A DNA stretch of 64,000 nucleotides. Origin: Geopsychrobacteraceae bacterium. Its GTDB lineage: Bacteria > Desulfobacterota > Desulfuromonadia > Desulfuromonadales > Geopsychrobacteraceae. The stretch spans positions 2,240,001 through 2,304,000 of the forward strand of contig OY759353.1 of NCBI GenBank assembly GCA_963662315.1, written 5' to 3'. Shown here in pieces: positions 29,974 through 38,503 of this stretch. The translations under genes and the position numbers were made by a program. A model generated the notes under the pieces. That model ran no database searches. It was not told the origin of the DNA and saw nothing but the letters and a program-made list of their open reading frames with translations. Position 1 is the stretch's first letter. The number at the start of each line of letters is the position of its first letter.

Positions 29974-30822
29974 TTAGGTTTTCGTGAGAACAGACGAAAT
30001 GCTTCCGCTTGCTCTCAATGCTTTGGATATCTCTGCAGCAGCAGCTCGCGCCGGATTAAGTGCCATAGCCAGCATATCATCCTGGCTGATGCGAACCGAC
30101 GGAGCCACAACACTGATAGAGGCGAGTGGGTAGCCATCCCTGTCAAGCACGGGAACAGCAAGAACATGTAAACTACTATTAAAATAGGAGGCCCTGAGGG
30201 CGTATCCATCCTGCTTGATTTCCTGAAGAGAATTTACGACCTCTGGTTCCGGTACCTCGACAATACCGACATCGCTTTGAGATTTAAGCTTATGCAGAAC
30301 AACGTCCTGCTCATGATCGGGTAAAAATGCCAACAAGGCCTGCCCGATGGTGCTGCTATAGGCCGAAACCCTGGTTCCCACACGGATATCAACACCAAGC
30401 CTGGCGAGCCCGCCACGGACCCTTTCAAGATAAAGAATGTCAGCTCCTTCAAGGATACCAAAACTTGCAGCTTCTCCAACCTCAGCAACCAACTCACGCA
30501 GAATCGGCAGCACCAGATCACGTGCATCACTGCGACCAATGGCATGAAAACCGAGATCGAGAACTTTAAAGGTCAGTCTGAACAGCTTGGCATCATCATC
30601 TTTTTTCAGATAACCAAGATCGACCAGAGTATTAAGATTACGAAACACCGTTCCTGAGTCCAAACCTGTCACTTTGCAGACATCGCTGATGGTCATCTGC
30701 TCATAACCTGAGGAAAACGCTTCGAGAACGCGGAACCCTTTAGCCAGGGAGCCAACGGTGCTCTTCTTATCGAGTTTTCTTTCAGCCACTGCATTTCCTT
30801 TACTTTCTATCTTTGTTGCCAT
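29974..30822 (-). CDS. IclR-family regulator (PcaR/PobR-like)
   Basis: VGSLAKGFRVLEAF..TGLDSGTVFRNLNTLVDLGYL; GTRVSAYSSTIGQALLA; likely start ATG 30822. Confidence 0.9.
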   Translation of the reverse strand: MATKIESKGNAVAERKLDKKSTVGSLAKGFRVLEAFSSGYEQMTISDVCKVTGLDSGTVFRNLNTLVDLGYLKKDDDAKLFRLTFKVLDLGFHAIGRSDARDLVLPILRELVAEVGEAASFGILEGADILYLERVRGGLARLGVDIRVGTRVSAYSSTIGQALLAFLPDHEQDVVLHKLKSQSDVGIVEVPEPEVVNSLQEIKQDGYALRASYFNSSLHVLAVPVLDRDGYPLASISVVAPSVRISQDDMLAMALNPARAAAAEISKALRASGSISSVLTKT

Positions 30823-30843
30823 CTCGCTTCTTCTCTTTTTCGG

Positions 30844-30865
30844 ATTGCGAAAATCTTTTCGAAAT
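30844..30865. promoter_or_regulatory. Imperfect dyad, possible IclR operator
   Basis: ATTGCGAAAATCTTTTCGAAAT just upstream of the iclR start. Confidence 0.4.
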
Positions 30866-31103
30866 AAAAATAACGTTAATTGATGATTCAGGTCAAGCAT
30901 TATTATTTCGATCATTTATCCCGACTCATAACTCCACCTCCTTTCATATTTTTTATTTCATTCAACACGCTGTTATACTTAGACTCTTCCCTCCTCAAAT
31001 CATCACACCAAGAATAAAACTTTTTTTCTCGACGGCTAAAAAGTGGGGCGGCGCCGGTTTTCTTGGACACTGAATTGGGGTAAAGTCCCCGTGTCCAAGG
31101 AGA

Positions 31104-31451
31104 GTGATAATGACCAAACAGAACCAGAACGAAACTGTTACAGGGCCGCTGGCCAAAGGGCAGCGTTGGAGTGCTGCCCGCAAGCGTGAAGTGGTTCTGC
31201 GTCTGCTGCGGGGCGAATCCGTTGATGCGCTGTCCCGCGAGCTGAGCATTGAAATCTACCGCCTGGAGCAGTGGCGGGAGAGCGCGTTGTTCGGAATCGA
31301 TGAGTCGCTGAAAAAGCGTCAGAACGATCCCGTCCAGGCTGAACTCAACCAGGCCATGCGCCGGATTGGCGAGTTGACCATGGAGAACGAGTTGCTTTGG
31401 GAACGGGTTAAAAAACCCGGCCCTTTAGCCAAACGGAGGTCGTCGAAATGA
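31104..31451 (+). CDS. IS3-family transposase OrfA (HTH + coiled coil)
   Basis: RWSAARKREVVLRLLRGES..LSRELSI; RRIGELTMENELL. Confidence 0.88.
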   Translation: MIMTKQNQNETVTGPLAKGQRWSAARKREVVLRLLRGESVDALSRELSIEIYRLEQWRESALFGIDESLKKRQNDPVQAELNQAMRRIGELTMENELLWERVKKPGPLAKRRSSK

Positions 31452-32317
31452 GCCAAACGATCTCCCCGGGCACTGACAAGCCTTATGGTGTCCAGCGCGT
31501 TTGTACGATCTGGGAGCAGGCTCGCTCATCGTTCTACCATGCCTCGCTCTCGGTGTTGCCAACGACTCCCAAGCGTCGAGGGCCGAAGCCATTGATCAGT
31601 GACGAGCCCCTGTTAGCTTTGATCCGCGACGACCTGGCTGCCTCACCGTTTACGGGAGAAGGACACCGCAAGGTCTGGGGGCGGCTGCGGTTCCGTGATG
31701 GGCACCGGGTATCGCGCAAACGGGTTCTTCGGCTCATGCGTGAGAATCATCTGCTTTCACCGCACCGGGGTCGTCCCAAAGCCGCCAAGGCCCATGACGG
31801 CAAGATCATCACCCTGGCCCCCAACCTGATGTGGGGCACCGATGGCACCCGTGTCTTCACTCTTGACGAGGGCTGGGTCTGGATCTTTACCGCCGTGGAG
31901 CATTGGAACGCCGAGTGTGTCGGTTGGCACGTGTGCAAGACCGGCGACCGTTATGCCGCCCTTCAACCGCGGTCCATGGCCCTGGACCGCCTTTACGGCA
32001 GCGTAGAGAAAGGCATTGCCCGAGGGCTCTCCCTACGTATGGACCACGGCACCCAGTACCTCTCAGACCATTTTCAGAACCAGATCAAATTCTGGGGGAT
32101 CACTCCCAGCTTTGCCTTCGTTGCCGAGCCTCAGACCAATGGAGTTTCTGAACGTTTCAATCGTACTTTGAAAGAGCAAGCTATCTACGGCCAGATTTTC
32201 CGGACCGTCGATGATGTCCGCGAAGCCGTGAAAACCTTCGTGGAGCTTTACAACAACGAATGGCGTGTCGAGAAAAATGGCTTCCGGTCGCCAGACGAAA
32301 TCCGTCAGGCGGCATAA
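31448..32317 (+). CDS. IS3-family transposase OrfB (DDE integrase core)
   Basis: WGTDGT, LRMDHGTQY, NGVSERFNRTLKE. Confidence 0.92.
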   Translation: MSQTISPGTDKPYGVQRVCTIWEQARSSFYHASLSVLPTTPKRRGPKPLISDEPLLALIRDDLAASPFTGEGHRKVWGRLRFRDGHRVSRKRVLRLMRENHLLSPHRGRPKAAKAHDGKIITLAPNLMWGTDGTRVFTLDEGWVWIFTAVEHWNAECVGWHVCKTGDRYAALQPRSMALDRLYGSVEKGIARGLSLRMDHGTQYLSDHFQNQIKFWGITPSFAFVAEPQTNGVSERFNRTLKEQAIYGQIFRTVDDVREAVKTFVELYNNEWRVEKNGFRSPDEIRQAA

Positions 32318-32474
32318 TCTAAACTTGTGTCCAAGGAACCGGTTCCGCTACAAACATACATTACCGTAATGAAAGTTTTTTTGTTAACTTAGCCTTTATC
32401 TGCCTAACCTATACTAGACATGCTTTTGAAACGCCAAAACTGACAGTCATAAAAATCAACCAAAGGGACTTGTT

Positions 32475-33389
32475 ATGCAAAGTTTTGACATTGTTACATT
32501 ACGGGTATTTCTTGCGGTAGCGCGCTTAGGATCCATCGGTGCTGCTGCACGACATGAACACATTGCGACCTCGGCAGCATCGCGACGCATCAGTGACCTG
32601 GAAGAAAATCTCGATACCATCCTCATCTCACGTACACCGGCCGGAGTTAGCCTGACTCCAGCAGGCGTCGCCTTTACCCATCATTGCGAGAAGCTGCTTA
32701 AAAAATATTCCGATATCAGAGCCGACCTGAAACGTTTTTCCGAAGGGCAAGTCGGCCATTTTCGCATTGCCGCAATTCCTTGTACCATGGGCGAAACCCT
32801 GCCGCTGAAAATCGCTCAATTTAAAAAAGCATTCCCTTCGGTCCACATTACTGTGCAGGAAATTTTTTCCACCGACGGCCCACGTTTTTTACGTGAGGAT
32901 CTGGCCGACCTGATTATCGTCTATAACACAGGGAATCTTGGTGACTATGAAATGCAACTCTACAAAGAGGACCCCATCTATGTCATTGGCCGACGCGACC
33001 ATCCCTTGTTTGTCGATTATCAGGAGGGGACCCCAATCCCTTATAAAGACACTCTCGGTCATGAACAGATTTCCCTGCATGAAGGCGGCTGGCTTGATGA
33101 ACTGATTAGCAATGCCAGTCGCAAAGAAGGGCAAATGCGCAGCCACGACACCAAAGTCATGCGCGAGAACACCCTCATCCGTTGCATTGAAGCAGGTCTG
33201 GGAATTGGCTATTTCGGCGTATACGACCTACTGCCGATATTACAAAATCATAATTTGGCCGCAGCCCCTCTTGCCGATGACTGGGCCGCACGCAACATCG
33301 TCTGTGCCTATTCAAAAGGACAGGCGAACTCTCCGATTACCACAGCTTTTCTGCAGAGTCTTTTTGAGGGGAAAAGCGCTGATAAATAA
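32475..33389 (+). CDS. LysR-family regulator
   Basis: FDIVTLRVFLAVARLGSIGAAARHEHIATSAASRRISDLE HTH. Confidence 0.9.
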   Translation: MQSFDIVTLRVFLAVARLGSIGAAARHEHIATSAASRRISDLEENLDTILISRTPAGVSLTPAGVAFTHHCEKLLKKYSDIRADLKRFSEGQVGHFRIAAIPCTMGETLPLKIAQFKKAFPSVHITVQEIFSTDGPRFLREDLADLIIVYNTGNLGDYEMQLYKEDPIYVIGRRDHPLFVDYQEGTPIPYKDTLGHEQISLHEGGWLDELISNASRKEGQMRSHDTKVMRENTLIRCIEAGLGIGYFGVYDLLPILQNHNLAAAPLADDWAARNIVCAYSKGQANSPITTAFLQSLFEGKSADK

Positions 33390-33824
33390 AGTCACCGGAT
33401 GCTCTTACAGGTACCCGTAATTGGTTCAGCAGTTGAGATGCAGAGACATTCCCCTTCCCCACGTCCCTAGCGACGACAGGTTGGCGAATGGGATGATTTG
33501 AGCTACTGCTGAATAAATAATTCAAGCTGGCTGATAGCCGCTTGCTGGTTCCCAAAACACCAGTGCTGAGTGTTTCCTTAACTCGTTTCCAATCTGAAAA
33601 CTTAGCTGTTGCCCTTAGGAGTTTCCGGATAGCAACTAACTACAGAAATGCACGAAACCTTCTGGAAGACAGCCTCTATGCACTGTAACATGATTTCGGG
33701 TTAGAACTATCAAGCCCCTTGCATTATCCAGCCCTATCTATTATTATTACCAGATTGGTAACAATTAAAACCGAGTTGGTCCGACACTCCACTCCCTCCG
33801 CCGTTGGACGTAAAGGAGTTGATT

Positions 33825-34358
33825 ATGGATCTTTATCAATATGCACGGAAAACCGAACAAAGCGGGGCCGAATTTTATCAGCAGATGGCTGGACAGGTTT
33901 CAAAAGAGGGACTGAAAAGAGTTTTCAGTCTGATGGCTTCAGAAGAAGAAGCTTTGCTTGCCATGCTGACCAGGTTTAAAAAGAACTACCCTGAAATCAG
34001 TAACATGTCGAGCCGTGATCTGAATGAAGATTCAATTGTCTTCGATTCCATCTGCGACAACGGAGCATGCGACCTGATCGAATCTAATCTGGACGCCTAT
34101 CAGCTGGCAATTCGCGCCAAAAAGAATCTGGTTAAGCAATACCACGATGCTGCTGATCACGAAGAAGATGCGGATACCAGAAAAATGCTGACCTGGCTGG
34201 CTGCCCTTGAGCAGCATAAGCTGCGTGAAATCGAACACATGTACGATTTTGTCAATGCCCCTAACTTGAGCCTGGAGTGGGCGGAATTCAGCAACCTGGA
34301 TGAGTTTTACAATTTCGGTTACTACGAAGATCTGCGCAAAGGAGATCTGGAGCTCTGA
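33825..34358 (+). CDS. Rubrerythrin/ferritin-like protein
   Basis: A..E..G.EFY, F.LMA.EE, L..LA..EQH pattern; AAGGAG RBS before ATG 33825; some diiron ligands look degenerate. Confidence 0.7.
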   Translation: MDLYQYARKTEQSGAEFYQQMAGQVSKEGLKRVFSLMASEEEALLAMLTRFKKNYPEISNMSSRDLNEDSIVFDSICDNGACDLIESNLDAYQLAIRAKKNLVKQYHDAADHEEDADTRKMLTWLAALEQHKLREIEHMYDFVNAPNLSLEWAEFSNLDEFYNFGYYEDLRKGDLEL

Positions 34359-34509
34359 TCATCCCTGTCATTCCGCCATTGCCATCCGGACACCCCGGAT
34401 GGCAGCATGCAGGTATTATACGAAACCCTCCAGCAACCATTCCTGATTTTTTGCTCCCCTTTTATAACGTTACATTTGCAAGAGCTTCTCAAATTAGTCC
34501 CCTTATAGC

Positions 34510-34545
34510 TCAAAAGCCCTCTCAGAAAACTGGGAGGGCTTTTGA
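34510..34545. terminator. Bidirectional intrinsic terminator
   Basis: TCAAAAGCCCTCTCAG-AAAA-CTGGGAGGGCTTTTGA. Confidence 0.7.
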
Positions 34546-34630
34546 TTATTGACTTACCTTGCAGCATTTTTACTGGCGAATCCCCACTTCAGAAACAGTG
34601 TGAAAAATTCTTTATCAACACCGGTAGGCG

Positions 34631-35515
34631 CTATTTCTTCACCTCTATTTTAGCCAACTTCTCGTAGTATCGAATGATGGCGCCATGGTCCAGATGATCC
34701 ATTCCGTCTACTTTGAGAGCCTGCATAATTTCCAAAGCTGACGCAGCCAGCGGTAAAGGAGCTCCGACCTCATGAGCTGTCTTCAGCACATTGGTAAGGT
34801 CCTTCATGTGGTGAAAGATTCTCATGCCCGGTTGGAAATTACGCTCCATAATATTTGGAGCTTTGGCATCCAGCACCGCGCTACCAGCGAGCCCACCACG
34901 AATAGCCTGGAAAACCAGTTCAGGTTCAACCCCGGCCTTGGTGGCCATAACCAACGCTTCAGACATCGCGGTAATATTTAACGCAACAATAATCTGGTTG
35001 GCTAATTTGGCAATATTTCCAGCCCCGATATCACCGGTACGGACAACCGATGCACCCATTGTTTTTAAAATGTCATAACACTTGTCAAACACTTCCTGCT
35101 TACCACCGACCATAATCGACAGGGTACCATCAACCGCCTTTGGCAGCCCGCCGCTGACCGGAGCATCAAGCATTTCGACATCTTTTTTTGCCAGAGCAGC
35201 AGCAACTTTCTTGCTGACCCGTGGTTCGATTGAACTCATATCGATCACAATACTGCCGGGTCGCACGCCATCAAGAATACCGTCCGTTCCTAAAGCGACT
35301 TCTTCTACGTCCGGAGAATTGCGCAGCATAATAAAAATAATATCGGTCTTCTGTGCGACAGCCTTGGGGCTCATCGCAACCTTTGCACCCATACCAACCA
35401 GTTCATCAGTCTTGTCAACATCAAGATCCATAACCACCAGGTTGTAGCCGCCGTTAATCAGGTTTTTGCACATGGGTTTTCCCATGATACCTAATCCGAT
35501 AAATCCAATGTTCAT
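34631..35515 (-). CDS. garR: 2-hydroxy-3-oxopropionate (tartronate semialdehyde) reductase, copy 1 (diverged)
   Basis: IGFIGLGIMGKPM, DAPVSGG, AKLANQ, QAIRGGLAGS, YYEKLA. Confidence 0.88.
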   Translation of the reverse strand: MNIGFIGLGIMGKPMCKNLINGGYNLVVMDLDVDKTDELVGMGAKVAMSPKAVAQKTDIIFIMLRNSPDVEEVALGTDGILDGVRPGSIVIDMSSIEPRVSKKVAAALAKKDVEMLDAPVSGGLPKAVDGTLSIMVGGKQEVFDKCYDILKTMGASVVRTGDIGAGNIAKLANQIIVALNITAMSEALVMATKAGVEPELVFQAIRGGLAGSAVLDAKAPNIMERNFQPGMRIFHHMKDLTNVLKTAHEVGAPLPLAASALEIMQALKVDGMDHLDHGAIIRYYEKLAKIEVKK

Positions 35516-35678
35516 TCGTTCTCTCCTGTGTTAGACGTCCTCTTTGAGATTTCTTTTAGCTTACATGAATTTTATCAAGAATCCTAGAACCGTAATGCAG
35601 GCAGAAAATTCCGACAGCTTCTCGTCCCGAGCCCCGTCCTCAATGCGGGACCACCCTAGCCTCGTGCTTAAAAACGCG

Positions 35679-35714
35679 AAAAGCCCCTGCAATCGATGGA
35701 AGGCAGGGGCTTTT
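35679..35714. terminator. Stem-loop after the minus-strand gudD relic
   Basis: AAAAGCCCCTGC...GCAGGGGCTTTT. Confidence 0.6.
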
Positions 35715-35769
35715 CTGCTTTATTCTGGCGTTTTCGATGTTTGCCAATAATTGTGAAGTGAATGTTTTA

Positions 35770-35901
35770 TTACCGCACCATACAGGGCTTTTTACTGTCA
35801 AATTTCCAATCTTGAATAAGATACTGCCCGTCCTGCCAGATCCAGTGCGTATCCATAGCAGTAATATTACCAGGAGCTGCCGCTGCACAGTGGGTAAACA
35901 T
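35770..35901 (-). pseudogene. gudD: Glucarate dehydratase C-terminal relic with internal deletion
   Basis: Manual translation [43 protein letters not shown]; both halves match the GudD C-terminus ([23 protein letters not shown]...QYLIPGWTFDNKRPCMVR). Confidence 0.85.
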
Positions 35902-35905
35902 GTCC

Positions 35906-36151
35906 ATCGACACACATTGGATCTGGCAGGACGGTCAATACTTGACGAAAAATCCTCTTCAGATTAAAAACTGTCTGGTAGATGTCCCACAGCAGGGCGG
36001 ACTCGGCATAGAACTTGACATGGACGAGATCATGAAAGCCAATGAGCTCTACCTGACCAAAGGGCTCGGTGCACGTGACGACTCCATTGCCATGCAATAC
36101 CTGATCCCGAACTGGAAGTTTGACAATAAGAAGCCCTGCCTGGTTCGCTGA
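35906..36151 (+). pseudogene. gudD: Glucarate dehydratase C-terminal fragment
   Basis: [72 protein letters not shown]; most of the gene is missing. Confidence 0.9.
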
Positions 36152-36273
36152 TACATTGCGACCAGTCACCCTTCAAGGACTTTAAGCAGGTGTTTTGCTC
36201 AGCGAATCTTCCAAGGAAGACAAAACACTATCTACCTTGAAGATTGATTAGACCTAACAACAAGGAGCGAATC

Positions 36274-37158
36274 ATGAAAATCGGATTTATCGGACTTGGC
36301 ATCATGGGAAAACCCATGAGCAAGAACCTGATCAAGGCAGGTTACGACCTGGTCGTCTGTGACTTGAACCCCGCAGCCGTTGCAGCCGTTGTTGCCGCTG
36401 GCGCAGCCAGCGCCCCAAGCGCGAAAGCTGTTGCAGAAGTTGCTGACGTCATCATCACCATGCTCCCCAACGCACCCCAGGTCAAAGCCGTTGTACTGGG
36501 CGCCGATGGTGTTCTCGAAGGGGCCAAGCCGGGCAGTGTTGTCATCGACATGAGCTCCATCGCTCCGCTCGCCAGCCAGGAAGTGGCTGCCAAACTGGCG
36601 AAAAAAGAGGTCGCCATGCTTGACGCTCCGGTCTCAGGCGGCGAACCGAAAGCCATCGATGGCACCCTGTCGGTTATGGTCGGGGGCGAGAAAGAGGTTT
36701 TTGACAGGTATTACGATATCATGAAAGCCATGGCCGGTTCCGTTGTCTACACCGGAAAAATTGGTGCCGGCAACGTCACCAAGCTCGCCAATCAGATGAT
36801 CGTTGCCATCAACATCGCGGCCATGAGCGAAGCCCTGGTGCTGGCCACCAAGGCCGGTGTCGAACCTGACCTGGTCTATCAGGCCATTCGTGGCGGTTTG
36901 GCCGGCAGCACCGTCCTTGACGCTAAAGCGCCCCTGGTCATGGATCGCAAATTTGATCCGGGTTTCCGCATCAGCCTGCATATCAAAGACCTGGCTAACG
37001 CTCTTGACACCGCTCATGAAGTTGGTGTACCGGTACAGATGACAGCAGCCGTCATGGAGATGATGCAAGCCATGAAAATTGACGACATGGACGGCCTCGA
37101 TCACGGCGCCCTGATCCGTCACTACGAGAAACTTGCCCGGGTTGAAGTCAAGCGCTAA
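36274..37158 (+). CDS. garR: 2-hydroxy-3-oxopropionate reductase, copy 2
   Basis: MKIGFIGLGIMGKPMSKNL, DAPVSGGEPKAIDG, TKLANQ, GFRISLHIKDL; AAGGAG RBS. Confidence 0.93.
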   Translation: MKIGFIGLGIMGKPMSKNLIKAGYDLVVCDLNPAAVAAVVAAGAASAPSAKAVAEVADVIITMLPNAPQVKAVVLGADGVLEGAKPGSVVIDMSSIAPLASQEVAAKLAKKEVAMLDAPVSGGEPKAIDGTLSVMVGGEKEVFDRYYDIMKAMAGSVVYTGKIGAGNVTKLANQMIVAINIAAMSEALVLATKAGVEPDLVYQAIRGGLAGSTVLDAKAPLVMDRKFDPGFRISLHIKDLANALDTAHEVGVPVQMTAAVMEMMQAMKIDDMDGLDHGALIRHYEKLARVEVKR

Positions 37159-37182
37159 GCAAACCAAGGCGTTTTCATAAGT

Positions 37183-37220
37183 AAGCTGGCGAGGGCAGTA
37201 ACCACAGTTCTCGCCAGCTT
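37183..37220 (+). terminator. Stem-loop after garR copy 2
   Basis: AAGCTGGCGAG...CTCGCCAGCTT. Confidence 0.55.
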
Positions 37221-37265
37221 CATCTTGGAATCTACCCCACTTTCCTTTTAACGATGGCTACCATT

Positions 37266-37627
37266 CCTCTGCTCTGACCTCGGTGTTGGTGGCTGCGATG
37301 CCCTTGCGGCATGACCGCCAACCCCAGCCCCGGCAACAAAAAGGGCGTGCTGGCCAATGTTGTTGAAAAAATCCTTAGTTCCATTGCCAAATCCGGACAA
37401 TCACAGATTGTCGATGTGTTAAGCCCAGGTGAGCGGGTACGTGAAAAAGGGCTGGCCTTTGCCGCAACGCCGAACAGATTGCCACTGGAGAGAAAAACCT
37501 TGAAGAAACCGGCTGGGAACTGTTCAAGCTGATCCTGGCTGTTGCCAGCGGTGACATTGAAACCAATTCCGACAAATTGGGTTTGCACAATGACCTCGCC
37601 GTTTTCAACCCCGCTCCTGTGACCTGA
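37266..37627 (+). pseudogene. garD: Galactarate dehydratase relic (fused fragments with frameshifts)
   Basis: Fragments [47 protein letters not shown] and, in another frame, [41 protein letters not shown], matching the GarD C-terminus. Confidence 0.85.
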
Positions 37628-37729
37628 TAGTTTAGGTGTCGGCCTCGACGCAGTATGCCGTCTCTTTCTGATTAACGTCCTGGCAAGAGGCGGATTTATT
37701 GTTTTTTTCATTAAAAAATCCACAAATAT

Positions 37730-38503
37730 TTGACGAAACCAGACGATCCTCCTATTATTGTTTGTTCATATATGCTGGAGGTTCTTTCTGTGCTGCGTGC
37801 ATTCTTTTTCTACCTGATTTTTTTCCCCTGGACATTTATCGCAATTCTGATTTCCATTGGTTGTGCAATTATTCGTGGGCAGCAGAGTGCCCATAACTTC
37901 GGTATTTTCTGGGGTAAAAGCTGCCTCACTATTGCAGGCCTGAAATTAAAAATAACCGGTACCGAAAATCTACCCTCTCACGGTCCGGTCATTTATGCTT
38001 CCAATCACCAGAGTAATTTCGATATTCCGATTATGTATGCAGGCCTGCCTATTCAGTTTCGCTGGCTGGCCAAACAGGAACTGTTCGACATTCCGTTTTT
38101 CGGGGCGGCCATGAAACATTCAGGATATATTCCCATCGATCGTTCTAACCGAAGAAAATCGATGGAAAGTTTTGAACTGGCTGCGCATAAGGTTAAAGAC
38201 GGAACATCTGTTATCATCTTTCCAGAAGGAACCCGTACGCCTGATGGTAATGTCCAGCCCTTTAAAAAAGGCGCGCTGCTGTTAGCTGCCAAGGCTCATG
38301 TTCCGGTGGTACCCATAACAATCAAAGGCAGCTATCAGGTCCAGTCAAAAAACAGTCTTAAAATTCATCCGGGTCCCATAGAACTGGTCATCTCACCTCC
38401 CCTTGACACAACAGAAATGAAAACCAGGGATATTGAGGCCTTGAATGAGAAAATTCATACAACAATCGCTACGAATCTGAAGGAGCCGGTTCGGCATGAC
38501 TGA
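37730..38503 (+). CDS. plsC: 1-acyl-sn-glycerol-3-phosphate acyltransferase
   Basis: NHQSNFD, FPEGTRT, FKKG; true start probably a downstream ATG/GTG. Confidence 0.92.
   Translation: MTKPDDPPIIVCSYMLEVLSVLRAFFFYLIFFPWTFIAILISIGCAIIRGQQSAHNFGIFWGKSCLTIAGLKLKITGTENLPSHGPVIYASNHQSNFDIPIMYAGLPIQFRWLAKQELFDIPFFGAAMKHSGYIPIDRSNRRKSMESFELAAHKVKDGTSVIIFPEGTRTPDGNVQPFKKGALLLAAKAHVPVVPITIKGSYQVQSKNSLKIHPGPIELVISPPLDTTEMKTRDIEALNEKIHTTIATNLKEPVRHD

Larger units (their letters stand above)
31044..32352 (+). mobile_element. IS3-family insertion sequence (~1.31 kb)
   Basis: TG...CA ends; IRL TGGGGCGGCGCCGGTTTTCTTGGACAC vs IRR (reverse complement) TGTAGCGGAACCGGTTCCTTGGACAC; orfA and orfB in -1 frame. Confidence 0.92.
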
